Assembly: GCF_963921235.1 (NCBI RefSeq)
Contig: NC_086097.1
Coordinates: 198,154,001-198,218,000, forward strand
DNA from: Mobula hypostoma
Taxonomy: Eukaryota
DNA length: 64,000 nucleotides
Direction of reading: 5' to 3'
Below, piece after piece: positions 1-13,400 of the stretch. The first letter of the stretch is position 1, and every line of letters starts with the position of its first letter. Below the pieces are notes generated by a model. The model did not search any database and was not told the DNA's origin. It saw only the letters and a list, made by a program, of their open reading frames with translations. The position numbers and the translations under genes were made by a program.

Positions 1-45
1 CGAACAGAGATGTTCCCTACAGAAACACGATGAGAAGAGGGAAAC
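1..45 (-). other. Possible splice acceptor and first 16 nt of a host exon running off the window edge
   Basis: The minus strand reads TTTCCCTCTTCTCATCGTGTTTCTGTAG|GGAACATCTCTGTTCG in non-repeat sequence; too short to identify. Confidence 0.25.
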
Positions 46-479
46 TGTCACCACCATGGTGAGGTTTGACTATAAGTAGCTCATGAGATCAACAGAAGGA
101 TATTGGACTCCACACTGGAAAATCGCTTTGGAAGTATTTTAAGAGTCATACCAGGAAGGGTAAGCACACTTACTCAATTACAAAATCTTGCTGTTTGTTT
201 TACATCATGAATACTGCTATTTATATACAAATGATCACATGCATAAATTTGTTAACAACCTACACCTGAAGGAAGCAACTCAGAGAGGCAAATATTCGTT
301 TATTTTGACCTGTCATTGAGGACAAAGTTCACATCATTGTCAGCTTACCAAGCAATTCAACATTGACTTGTATTTGTGTGCAGCTTCCTGAGAAATTCTG
401 AACAGGTCTCTGGCAAACCATTCCCCCCATTGCAAAGTTGACAATAGTGATTTAGAACAGAAGATAGGATGCTACAGCA

Positions 480-3400
480 TGACCTTGTAACCTGTTCTAA
501 GATCAATCTAACCTTAGATTGCCCTCTATTTTTCTACCATCCATGTGCCTATCTACAAATTGCCTAAATGTCCCTCGAGTATCTGCATCTAGCACCTGCC
601 CTGGCAAGGCATTGAATGCACCTACCTCACTTTGCTTAAAAAAAACTTACCTCTGACATCACCCCACTAGTTTTTCGTCCTATCTCCTTAAAATAATGTT
701 GTAGAGTAACATAATTGGGAGAAATGTACATAACTCACAACCATGTCGTTCGCATGGCCCTCACTAATGCACCTGAGAAGGACTATAGGGAGCTTGCTAA
801 AATGGCTGATAATCTATATTCAGCTCGGCATTGAGTGGTGCATCATTCCTCCTTTCTTCACCTCAATAAGCCCAATCAGCAAGGCCCCCAATATGAGAAC
901 AGTTGTGGCTGTGAAACATATGGCACTGGGTCTGTGTTTTTGCCATGTGTGCTTCGGCACGTCCACTAGGTTGGCACATCAGAGGTCTGTGAACATCGTG
1001 GGTTCCAGCTGCCAGGGTTGCTTTCTGTACATTATAGAGACCCTTTCAGGGCAGTGCTTCCTGTGTGACAGGAGTGCTAAAGTGAGTGTGCTGCCAGCGT
1101 CGCCTATTGATGGGAAGGCAAAGAGTGACAAAACCTTGCTGGAGCAGCAAGATCCACACTTACGGGACACGATGGGTGACACTCTGCTTCAGTGGGCAAT
1201 GTTGCACATGGGGCTTCATCCTGGCTGGAATGGCTGGACCTCTGCTCGGTGCAGATTTCCTGTGTGACCAAGGACTGTTGGTCGATCTCAAGAACTGTCG
1301 GCTTGTGGATTCAAGGACTTCCTACACCACCCTCCCCACCCCCAGTAAGCTCCCCAGAATGTCTCTGTCAAGCGCATACAACACCAGACGTGAATTTACT
1401 TGACTGATGAGCGGATTTCCAAACCTCACCAAGTCTACATTCTCCATGACGGCCACAAAACATGGGGTCGAGCATCATATTACCACAACTGACCCACCAC
1501 TCCACGCCCACACACAGAGACTGGACCTACAACAGCTGACAATCGCAAAGGCTGAATTTGCCAACATGGAAAGGCTTGACATTGTTAGCCAGTCAAATAG
1601 CCCCTGGGCTTCACCCCTCCATATTGTCCCTCAGTGCGATGGTGGTTTCCATCCATATGGAGATTGCTAACGTCTTAACCAGGCCACCACCCCAGATTGT
1701 TACCCGGTCCTATACATCTAAGACTTCAGCTCACTTAGCCAGAAAGTTAATTTTTTCCAAAGTTGTTCTTGTTAGGGGTTACCATCAGGTGCCTGTGTGC
1801 TCAGAGGACATTTCTGAAACAGCTGTGATAATCCATTTGGCCCTTTTGATTTTTTTGCGCAGGCCATTTGGACTGAAAAATGTAGCACAGACTTTCCAAT
1901 GGCTGATGGGCTCTGCATCAAAAGACCTACATTTTCTTTTTGTTTAGCTGGATGCCGTGCATCCAAAAACGAACACAATCTCATTTCCGCACACCTTTTG
2001 AGTACTTGAGCCAACATGGATTCATTATTAACCCAGCTAAATGCCAGTTTGGGTTGTTAACCATTGACTATCTTGGCCATTGCACCTGCGCAGAAGGTGC
2101 GAAACCCCTCCCATCAAAAGTAGCCACTATTATGGATTTCCCACCACCCTGCACTACTAAAAAACTACAGGAGTTTTTAGGCACAGTGAATTTCAATCAC
2201 TGCTTCATTCCACGAGCTGTTGAACTTGTGCTTCCCCCTGTATAGTGTGCTTAAAAACAATACCCCTAATCAAGTGCTTGACTGGTCAGTGGACATGACC
2301 AGGGCATTTGATGATACCAAATGATCTCTTTCCAATATGACCCTACTGGGGCTTTCACTCCGCAACGCACCTATAACCATTACTACTGACGTCTTAGACT
2401 ATGCTGTGGGTGCTGTGCACAAACAGTTGCCCTGAGGCATTTGACAACTGTTCGCCTTCTTCAGCCAGCAGCTCTGTTCCTCTAAAAGGAAGTACAGCAT
2501 GTTTGACTGTGAGCTTCTTGGCTCTCGGTCACTATCAGGATATCCACCATTTTTGTTTTCTTCTAGAGGGTCGCCATTTCCCAGCATTCATTGACCACAA
2601 ACCCCTCGTGCACGCAATGGCCAAAATATCAGACCTTTGGTCTGCATGGCAGCAATACCACCTGGCCTACATATCCAAGTTCACAATGAATATAACAAAG
2701 GGAAAAAATAATGTCATGGCTGATTTCCTCTCATGGCCTGCCATGGAAATCATTCACAATGAGGTTGACTATGCTGGCCTGACAGTCAACCAAGTTACTG
2801 ACTCAGATGTCCAGGCTTACCGAACAGCAGTCACGGGCCTGTGGTTGGCTCACATTAAGCTCGGGGAGCTGGGGTTTCTCTCCTGTGCGATGTCTCAACC
2901 AGTCACCCTCGCCCCACCGTGCCCGCGAACTGGAGTCGAACTGTTTTTGATGCCATACATGTCCTCTTGCAGCTGGGCTAGATGGCTTCTTAGAAACTGG
3001 TTGCATTAAAGTTTCCTTGGCACTTCCTCAGATTGAACTGCAGCCTGTGTGAAATGACAGAGAGCGAAAATTAACCATCATGTTGAGGTGGCATTGGCAT
3101 GTTTAGAGGTCCCTGAGCAATGGCTTGACCATGTCAATGTGGACCTTGTTGGTTCTTTTGGGCCATCCCACAGTTTCACACACCGTCTTACCATGGTGGA
3201 TTGTATCATCAGGTGGCCAAAGTTTGTCCCTCTAGTATCGATGATGGCCACTCGTGGCTTGGGTGATCATCAGCACCTGGGTTGCTCGGTTTGGCACCCC
3301 ATCTGATATTTTCTCAGACCGTGGTCCCCAATTCATTTCAGACCTCTGGGCTGCTATGACTCAGAACCTTGGTGTTAGGCTACATCACACCACGGTGTAT

Positions 3401-4590
3401 CACCTGCAGTCCAATGGCCATGCGAGCAGTTTTACCGCTGCTTAAAGGCTGCTCTGAGGGGTTCCCTGTCCAACGAGTGTTGGCATGATCATCTCCCACG
3501 GGTCCTGCTGGGGCTCAGAACAGCTCCAAAAGAGGACCTGCAGTCGTCCGTGGCTGAGTTGGTCCACGGGCAGCCGTACTGAGTGCCAGGTGATTTCATC
3601 CCTGATGCCACTACTACCTGGTCGACCTCTCAACAGCATTCCACCCTCCTCAGTAAATTCAATTCCTTTTCACTTATTCCTATCTCCCACCATGGCATAC
3701 AGCACCTGTTGACCTATGTTCCACCTCGCTTGTTTTTGTCCACCATGATACATGCCAATATCACTTCAGACCCTCTTACGGTGGCACATATTTTGGAATG
3801 GGAGAAAAGATTTTTATCATAGATAAGAGGAGTAAACATGAACGCATTTTGGTAAATCACCCTAAACCAGCCCACCAAGATTTGGAATATTCTGCTGCCA
3901 CACCCCTGTCAACGCAATGTAACCATGAGCATGTCAACTTACCTCTAGACGAGCTAGAGACACCTGCTGTTCCTCCACCCACAGAACACAGGACCTGAGC
4001 CAGGCGGCTCCTCCGAGTTCTTGACAGGCTCACAATGCCAGTTTTAACAAATTCATGGGGGCTTGTTAGGGTAATGTAATTGGGAGAAATGTACATAATT
4101 CACAGTCACCGACATTGAGTTGGGGTTGTGCTTGAAAAGACTGGTATGATGCAATGATGTTATTACACTTTTTTTTTAGGTTTTGGAGTTCAATAAAAAA
4201 TGTTACAGGTTTCATTAAACATAAAACGCCTCACTTCATTTTATTTGTGAGAACCTACAATGTCCCCTCATTTGGCCAACTGCTTTAGGAAAAAAGTCTG
4301 GCAATCCACAGAATCTATGCCCCTTATCATTTTGTTCAACTCTGTCAAGTCACTTCTCATCTTCTTTTGGTTCAAGAGAAAAAACCCTAACTCGCATAAC
4401 CTAACCTCATGAGATATGCTTTCCAGTCCATTCAGCATTCTGATAAATCTCCTCTGTGCCTTCTCTAAAGCTCCCACATCCTTCCTATAATAAGGTGGCC
4501 AGAACTGACCACAATATTCCAAGTACGGTCTAACCAGGGTTTTACAGAGCTGTAACATTACCTCGCAGTTCTTGAACTCGATCTTCTAAC
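480..4590 (-). mobile_element. CR1-type LINE 3' fragment, split by Gypsy A
   Basis: ORF 4268..4558(-) reads LCKTLVRPYLEYCGQFWPPYYRKDVGALEKAQRRFIRML, a CR1 ORF2 C-terminus. 3' UTR-like sequence continues at about 480-699 on the other side of the Gypsy insertion. Confidence 0.8.
700..4259 (+). mobile_element. Gypsy LTR retrotransposon A (CsRn1-like), decayed, 5' LTR largely deleted
   Basis: Termini TGTAG...CTACA with a 4-bp TSD ATGT (696-699, 4260-4263). The 3' LTR is about 4064-4259 after a G-rich PPT, and only about 43 bp of the 5' LTR survive. Fragmented pol motifs: SPWASPLHIVP, FSKVVLVRGYHQVP, PFGLKN, INPAKCQFG, DHKPL, DHVNVDLVG, SDRGPQF, HHTTVYH. Confidence 0.92.
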
Positions 4591-5773
4591 ACCTCTGGTA
4601 CTATATGGCCACTAGTGTTAGCAGGGAGCACAACTTCTTGGAAATTGCAGATATCTGCCATAATTTCATGTGACAACCTGGGCCTCAAGCAGCTGTTCAG
4701 TTCTGAGTTCTCAAGAGGCTCTACCTTGTATTGCACTCTGTCTTGCTGATAATACCTCCTGTTGCTTCCCTGTGTGATGTCCAAATGCAAGTCTGGCAAG
4801 AGGAGATTGTTGCTAAAACAGATACGTTTTATACCTGAGACCTTGTCCAAGATAGGGATCCTGCCATAGAGCAACCACCCTCAGATAGTTGTTGAAATTA
4901 TCCCTTGTATTTCTGGTTAAGACACCTTCAACTTACTGTACGGAACTATAGCTACATAACTTTCCTTGTAGAACATAACAGCCTTGGACAAACCTGAAAT
5001 ATTTCCTTTACTTTAAAACTCTTACCCCTTGGATCTCTTAACACATTTTTTCCTATGATACTTCCTGTAATCCTGAAATTTTTACTCTAATCTACAATTG
5101 TCTATTCCATTCCTTGAAAAATTGGTACCCAATACCCATGGAAAACTAGTCATTGAAAGAAATGCAGGAAATGATCAGCTGTACCGTATATCTCCAGATT
5201 ATGAAATGAGCGGATGCACAGTTGCTCCACCATCCATGGGCATGGGAAGCCTTACATGCCAATAATCCATAATGCATTCTCAATTTCAAAACAGCAATGC
5301 TCTCCTATTCTTGTTTGTTCCCTGTGCCACACAAAAAGAGTATGAGAGCTGGGAGCCAAACCACTTTTCCACCTAGTCCCACTGACCTGCACCTGGACTA
5401 TATCCCTCCATACACTTCTCATCCATGTACCTGTCCAAGTTTTTATTAAATGTTAAAAGTGAGCCTGCACTTACCACTTCATCTGGCAGCTCATTCCACA
5501 CTCCCATCACTCTTTGTGTGAAGAAGCACTCCCAATGTTCCCTTTAAACTTTTCCCCCTTCACCCTTAACCCATGTCCCCTGGTTTTTTTCTCCCCTAGC
5601 CTCAGTGGAAAAAGCCTGCTTGCATTCACTCTATCTATACCCATCATAATTTTATATACCTCTATCAAATCTCCCCTCATTCTTCTACGCTCCAGAGAAT
5701 AAAGTCCTAACCTATTCAACCTTTCTCTGTAACTCAGTTTCTCAAGACCCAGCAACATTCTTGTAAACCTTCT

Positions 5774-6502
5774 AGTCATAGTCATAGTCATAGTCATACT
5801 TTATTGATTCCAGGAAAAATTAGTTTTCGTTACAGTTGCACCATAAATGATAAATAGTAATAGAACCATAAACAGTTAAATAGTAATATGTAAATTATGC
5901 CAGTAAATTATGAAATAAGTCCAGGACCAGCCTATTGGCTCAGGGTGTCTGACCCTCCAAGGGAGGAGTTGTAAAGTTTGATGGCCACAGGCAGGAATGA
6001 CTTCCTATGACGCTCTGTGCTGCATCTCGGTGGAATGAGTCTCTGGCTGAATGTACTCCTGTGCCCACCCAGTACATTATGTAGTGGATGGGAGATATTG
6101 ACCAAGATGGCATGCAACTTAGACAGCATCCTCTTTTCAGACACCACTGTGAGAGAGTCCAGTTCCATCCCCACAACATCACTGGCCTTACGAATGAGTT
6201 TGTTGATTCTGTTGGTGTCTGCCACCCTCAGCCTGCTGCCCCAGCACACAACAGCAAACATGATAGCACTGGCCACCGCAGACTCGTAGAACATCCTCAG
6301 CATCGTCCAACAGATGTTAAAGGACCTCAGTCTCCTCAGGCAATAGAGACGGCTCTGACCCTTCTTGTAGACAGCCTCAGTGTTCTTTGACCAGTCCAAT
6401 TTATTGTCAATTCGTATCCCCAGGTATTTGTAATCCTCCACCATGTCCACACTGACCCCCTGGATGGAAACAGGGGTCATCAGTACCTTAGCTCTCCTCA
6501 GG
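5774..6502 (-). mobile_element. Rex1/Babar LINE 3' fragment (copy 1)
   Basis: (TATGAC)n tail; YKYLGIRIDNKLDWSKNTEAVYKKGQSRLYCLRRLRSF...SFLPVAIKLYN; near-identical to 37291-38473; possible TSD CTTCT (5769-5773, 6513-6517). Confidence 0.9.
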
Positions 6503-6646
6503 ACTCTTTGCACTTCTCTGCACTCTTTCAACCTTATTAATATCCTTCCTGTAATTTGGTGACCAAAACTGAACACAATACTCCAGATTCGGCCTCACCA
6601 ATGCCTTATACAACCTCATCATAACACTCCAGCTCTTATACTCAAT

Positions 6647-7204
6647 GTTGTTCGTCCATCATTGACGTCGATGAGGACCTCAACACCATTGATGGTGTCG
6701 GGACTAGCGCGTGATTTGGATTTAAGTGAGGGAGAGTTGCGCAGCGTCAGCCTCACTCTCTCTTCCCAATTCCCATCTGGATCCAGTGGCAAGACAAAGA
6801 CTAGAAGGCTGGAGATGGGACTAGGCGCAGTGGATGACCAGGACGTCTTCTGTGTCTTGTCCTGCTCTACACGTTCCACGACGCTTGCAGAGACCGCCTT
6901 CTTGACCGTTGGACTTTCCATTGGTCTCGTCCGCTCAGTCCGCTGGAGTCTGTCTTCACATGCTGGGATAGACAACTCCCTATCTCACCGAGGGTTTGAG
7001 ACCCGTCGGCTACCCTCACCTGGTTTAGCCGGCTTGTCGAAGCCGTTGCCCAGGGTGTGGCCGCTGTCACATGCAAACAGCTACGGGGAGCCACAGGTGA
7101 GAGCTGAGTGCCAGGTGGGGACCAAAGGTGGACTAACCGCCCTGAAAAGGACGCGACATGTTCCCCCACCAGAGGTGCTACCCCTCCCTTACACCCCATA
7201 CACC
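6647..7204 (-). mobile_element. Non-autonomous RTE-derived retroelement (5' UTR joined to 3' end), 558 bp
   Basis: Perfect 12-bp TSD CTTATACTCAAT (6635-6646, 7205-7216). Ends in ...GGACGAACAAC on the minus strand, with 3' stem-loops and high CpG content. Resembles RTE-clade termini from memory. Confidence 0.8.
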
Positions 7205-10200
7205 CTTATACTCAATACTTTAATTAATAAAGGCCAATGTACCAAAAGCTCTCATTATGACTATATCTACCTGTGATGCCACTTTTAGGGAATTTTGTAT
7301 CTGTATTCCCAGATCCCTCTGTTCTACTGCACTCCTCAGTGTCCTACCATTTACCTTGTATGTTCTACCTTGGTTTGTCCTTCCAAAGTGCAATACCTCG
7401 CACTTGTCTGTATTAAACTCCATCTGCCATTTTTCAGCCCATTTTTCCAGCTGGTGCAAATCCCTCTGCAAGCTTTGAAAACCTTCCTCACTGTCTATTA
7501 CACCTCCAATCTTTGTATCATCAGCAAACTTGCTGATCCAATTTACCACATTATTATCCAGATCATTGATATAGATGACAAATAACAATGGACCCAGCAC
7601 TGATCCCTGTGGCACACCACTAGTCACAGGCCTCCACTCTGAGAAGCAATCCTCCACTACCACTCTTTGGCTTCTTCCATTGACCCAATGTCTAATCCAA
7701 TTTACTACCTCTCCATGTATGCCTAGCGACTGAATTTTCCTAACTAACCTCCCATGCGGGACCTTGTCAAAGGCCTTACTGAAGTCCACGTAGATAATAT
7801 CCACTGCCTTCCCTTCATCCACTTTCCTGGTAACCTCCTCGAAAAACTCCAATAGATTGGTTAAACATTACCTACCACGCACAAAGCCATGTTGACTCTC
7901 CCTAATAAGTCCCTGTCTATCCAAATACTTGTAGATCCTATCTCTTAGTACTCCTTCCAATAATTTACCTACTACCGATTCAAACTTACTGGCCTATAAT
8001 TTCCTGAATTACTTTTAAAGCCCTTTCTAAACAACAGAACAACATGAGCTATCCTCCAATCCTCCAGCACCTCACCCGTAGATAACGACATTTTAAGTAT
8101 ATCTGCCAGGGCCCCTGCAATTTCAACACCTGTCTCCTTCAAGGTCCAAGGGAATACCCTGTCAGGTCCTGGGGATTTATGTACTCTGATTTGCCTCAAG
8201 ATAGCAAGCACCTCCTCCTCCTCAATCGGTACAGGTTCCATTACCTCACTACTTGTTTGCCTTATTTCCATTGACTCCATGCCAGTTTCCTTAGTAAATA
8301 CAGATGCAAAAAAACCATTTACGATCTCCCCCATTTCTTTTGGTTCCATACATAGCCGACCACTCTGATCTTCAAGAGGACCAATTTTATCCCTTACTAT
8401 CCTCTTGCTTTTAATATACCTGTAGAAGCTCTTTAGATTATCCTTCACCTTGACTGCCAAAGCAACCTCATGTCTTCTTTTAGCCCTCCTGAATTCTTTC
8501 TTAAATATTTTTTTGCACTTTTATACTCCTCAAGCACCTTATTTGCTCCCTGTTTCCTATACATGTCTTAAATTTCTCTCTTCTTCTTTATTAGAGTTCC
8601 AATATCCCTTGAGAACCAAGGTTCCTTATTCTTATTCACTTTGCCTTTAATCCTGACAGGAACATACAAAATCTGCATTTCTCCTTTGAAGGCCTCCCAC
8701 TTACCAATCACAGCTTTGCCTGGAGCAATTACCTGGAGCAACCTTAGAGCTCACTTACCTAGCAATGACAGTTTTCTAGAAGCCTGCTGCAATGCATCAA
8801 AGATCACATAACTGTTTGAGTCATCTATGTGGCATACTAAGCTAACAACTTTCCACAATAATATATGCCAATAAGAATGTCATACCTCTTCCAGAATGAT
8901 CTGGCCTTTAATGACACTGGAGCTGGAGGAATGATGGGAGGTGCACAAAAAGTATAGGAAAGGATTGCTAATGCAAGTAAACAGAATGCAAAAAAAAATC
9001 ATAATAACAACTTTCTATCTTCAGAACTCTTAAAAAATTAGGCTTTTCTTTGCCAAGAACTTCTATCTTGAATAAATGACTCCAACAGCTGCTGTGTGCA
9101 AGAATGCCCATCAAACTGTTCCTGGTTGTCTGAAGCTTATGTGTAACTCATACAATCAGTTATTAATAGATAGATTAATGAATAGCTTTAGAAACACAAA
9201 GAAACTCAAAAGAGATCATTAAAAGATTAACAAATGGCAAAACGACACCTGTGTGTGCTTCCTCACTCGAAAATTTACTAATGTTATTAAGGTACCAGAA
9301 AAAGTGGAAAAAATATTGACAGAGCTTTTTCACATATAAAATTACATAATAGAAACCAAAGGGGAACCATAGAAGTCTGCAATAATGGATGAAAATAAAT
9401 GAAGCTTTGACGAATTGGATACTGATTTTAATTTTATTGCAAGTTGTGGAGGGCACCAGTGAAAGAAATTCCTAGAAGCTGAGAATTTAATTCATGTTAT
9501 GCATTATGCATTACAAATCTTTATGATAAATAGATTGCTTGAAATGTGCATATTATACTGTTTGTTATTGAGCAAATTTAATTTTTAAGTTCTGACAACT
9601 TGGAGCACAGTGCCTTTGACATTCATAAGATTCTTTCCTCTATGACTGTCTCCCTGGGCTATGCACCATTCTTGAATGGCATAAAGTAGGAGCAGATGGT
9701 TCGTTCCCAGGCGTTTGCAAAATCACATAGAAAGGTATGTGAGACACTCAATTCTCATTTGTTGTCTCCTGACTCTACAGTTTTCCACTCCTCTCCACCT
9801 TTGTAGTTCACTTGACAGCATTTAAAATCACAGAGAATTATTAGTTAATTTACATTCTATCAATGTTGTATTATTTTTATGTTTAATTCAGCATGCAACA
9901 GGATATGTTTAAATTGGAGTATTTAATTATTTGTCTTTTGTGAAATTTTAATTGAATTTCTATTGTGAATGTCTTTTTGAGATATCTTAAATATGAAAGT
10001 TAGTTTATTTATGTGATGCTCATTTTATTCTTGAAGGTGAATCAGAACCAAATGTGCTTGCATAATTTGGAGCCCATCTATGGTGATGGGAAGAGAGGAA
10101 GTGTTCTCAAGTTGGGGAGAGGCTGAGTTTCCTCAAGCATGCCTTGTTTTGTTGAGATGCAATCACTGAAATGATGGATATGTCCTGCACCATTGGGTAG

Positions 10201-10409
10201 TCCTATCTATTTGACTAATTACAAATTAATTGAATAATAAGATTGACCCATGGTTTTAAATACCTTAAAATCATGGCCTTTAAATTTCTTAGAAGCCTGA
10301 TTTGCATCAGGAAGTTACCTGGGGCAACAAAAATCTGCTGGAGGAAATTAATAAGTTAAATGGCATCTGTGGGAGGAAAGGAATTGTTGACATTTCTGAA
10401 TTGTTGAGA

Positions 10410-13400
10410 TGTTGTGTGTTTAATACTTCAGTAATATTTGAGTAATATTGTAAATATATTGTTGATTAAGCATTCTTTGTTGTTTACATAATGCATTGCA
10501 GATTATATGTAAAATTACATGAATGGCATACGTTATCATGTCACCAAGTCATAAGTACACACCTCACTAAAGAAAAATAACTAAACTAAGACAATCACCT
10601 CCAGGCTCCATACTTTTGTTTCAATTAATTTTAAGTTTTGGAGTTAAAAACGTAACAGTGGCAATGAAGAAGTTTTAAAACAAACCCGAGATGACTACCT
10701 ACCTGCTGAAGTGCAGTGAGATATTCGAGTTAAAAAAAACGCAGCATGTATTTTCAGAAAATGGAGAAGGCAGTTGAATTTAAAAAATGCAGAAAGGAAT
10801 GAAATTCACAGGTTCATAAATAGCGAGTACTGGGTGATAATAATAATAAATAAATAAAAGCTGAAATGGCTTGTTACTGCAGAAAGTTAATGCATTCGAT
10901 TGTACCACAGATAACTGGTTGATGTATACTGAGCAAATTAAACAGGATTTTGAAGAAAAAGAAATAGCTAATGAAATGTGAGTGCCAGTTTTGCTGGGTG
11001 GAAAGCATATAGTTTGCTTAGAAGTTTGACTGTTCCAACTAAACCAGTCAAAATGAGCTTTGCTGATATTGTGTCAAGAATGTAGGAACATTTAGAACTG
11101 AAACCTTTGTTGAATGCAGAATACTCTACGATTCACTAGCAGAATCAAAAGGAAGGGGAGTCCATTTCAGTGTACAGTTGAATTGATAAGATTGTCCAAA
11201 CATTGCCATTTCTGTGATGGACTTAATGAGGCACTGAGAGATTGTTTGGTTTGTGGAATCTTACAAGAAAGCATTCTAAGACGTCTCCTAACTGAAGCAC
11301 AACTCATATTTAAAAGAGGAATCAAAATTGCTGTATCAATGGAAACAGCAAACAGAGATGCATCTGAATTGCAGCCTGGAATGAAACTGAACATGAACAA
11401 AATTACAACGTCTAAACAGAAACTGACCTTGCCGAACAAGTTGTGTTACCTTTGTAGAAGTGGCTCACAAACACCAATCCAATACAGACTTAAAGGTGAA
11501 ACTTGTAGAAAATTCATTAAAGTAGGACACATACAAAGAACATGTCAGGCAGACAAAAATAAATGGACTACACAGGGAAGAGAAAACGATAAAAGTAAAG
11601 TTGCTGTTTCAAAAGGAGCACTAATCTGTATGCTGTTGATGAAAAATCCAATAATGATGAAAGTGACCCAGGACTGATTAGCCTCATTATTTACAATGTA
11701 AAAACTAATAAGAGACAAGCAATATGGCTTAAACCTGAAGCGAATGGTAAATTGATTATAAATGAATTGGACAATGGCTTGGCTATTTCAAGCATTCCAT
11801 AAAATGAGTTTAAATGGCATTTCAAAGATAGTGAATGAAGCCTGCAGGTATCCATCTAAGAACTTATACTGGAGAAAATATAACTCCTATGGGAATGCCA
11901 TTTATAACAGTGAAATACAATAACCAACAAGCCAAATTGGGCTTGTATCTGGTAAAAGCAAGAGAGTCAGCATTGTGGGTATATAATTGGCTGAGACAAC
12001 TACAACTTGGTTGGAGATCCATCCACCATTTGCATGCTACATCCCTGCAATGGAGTCAACTGAAAGCAAATTAAGGAAGATACTGTATGATGCCACAACA
12101 GTGTTCAAGAATGGCATTTGAAAACTCAAACTCAAAGGGTAAAAAAATATTTAATGAAAGTGCTGCACTTCAGTCTTACAAAGCTCATCTGGTTCCTTAT
12201 GCCATCCATGATAAAATAGCTAGTGAGCTAAATGGCATGGAGGCTGAAGAATTCTTTTCAGGTTTGAGTGGAGCTAATGGTCCTGCGGTCAAGGTAGTCA
12301 AGAAGAATGTTCTGTGTTGTTTTTAAGGTCACCAACAACCCAGTACTGAAAGTAGATCAATACCCTTTGGCCAGGATAGCAAACATTGTTGAAAATGCTT
12401 CTGGAGAGAAACACTTCAGAAAAGTGGACTTGAATGAGGCCTACCTACAAACGGAGATGAAAGAAGATCCAGTGTGTTTCTCACCATCAACACTCACAAA
12501 GAGTTTTATCACCATAATAGGCTTATTTTTGGAGTAGCATCTGGCAGAAAGCTATGGATAATGTGCTGCAAGGCTGCCCAGGAACTTAATATTTCTGGAT
12601 GACATCATTATTACCAGTAAGGATGACAAGGGACACCTCCAAAGTCTCAAGACAGTGTTAAAAAGATTAGAAGACTGTGCACTCAGAACATGGTGCAACA
12701 AATGTGAATTCTTTAAACCAAGCATCACTTACTGTGGTCACACCATTGACGTACTGTGGTAAACCATATATATGTTGTAACTGGGTTAACTGTCTGGACA
12801 CACCCCTCTGCTGACTGCCCCTGTGGCTCCTCCCACAGATCCCTGAATAAAGGTGATTTCGCCTTGCCCCTCCCCCTCAGTCGGGGGCAGACACTCAGCA
12901 TGGAAGTCGTATTTTACTGCGAGTAAAAGCCGTTCAGTATTTACCCTACTTCAATCTTTTGGAGTTATTGAAGGTACTTCACGTACAAATATTACACATG
13001 TGTGCTGAGAAAATTCAAGTGGTGCTGGATGTCCCAAGGCTAAGGGAAATGTCCCAGTTGTGGCCCTTTCCAGGATTTGTTAATTACTATTAGAGGTTCC
13101 TGCCAAAACAGACTGCTGTGCTCCGCCCCTTGAACTCATTACTACAGATCAGGAATAAATTGCAATGGACAAAGCAGAGTAAGGTGGATTTCAAAAAGAC
13201 AAAGGTAATAGTGAAATCAGACACTATATTCACACGTTATTATCCACATCATCCAGTGCTTGTGACTCCTCGCCTTATGGTATTTGTGCAGTCATAGGTG
13301 ACAGAAGTGAATGCCCCTTATTTGCATCATATTCCCTTACCACTGCAGAGAAAAATTGCACACAGACTGACTGGGAGGCCTTGAGTCTGGTTTGGGATGT

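Larger units (their letters stand above)
5355..8720 (-). mobile_element. CR1 LINE, 5'-truncated ORF2 (RT), interrupted by two insertions
   Basis: ORFs 7972..8460, 7220..7852 and 5507..5797(-) give KSPGPD, NYRPVSL, DFSKAFDKVPH, GVPQGSVLGPLLF, KFADDTKIGG and GLYSLERRRMRGDLIEVYK. Confidence 0.95.

Noticed and set aside
743..1267. 174-aa ORF as an intact gene
   Set aside because: It is a mosaic of decayed gag and protease pieces created by deletions in Gypsy A.
5932..6576. 214-aa ORF as a novel fusion protein
   Set aside because: Accidental read-through from the CR1 host into the inserted Rex1 fragment.
6662..7276. 204-aa + strand ORF and overlapping minus-strand ORFs
   Set aside because: They lie in the GC-rich non-coding RTE derivative, the longer ones run across its TSD, and they show no domain signature; chance open frames.
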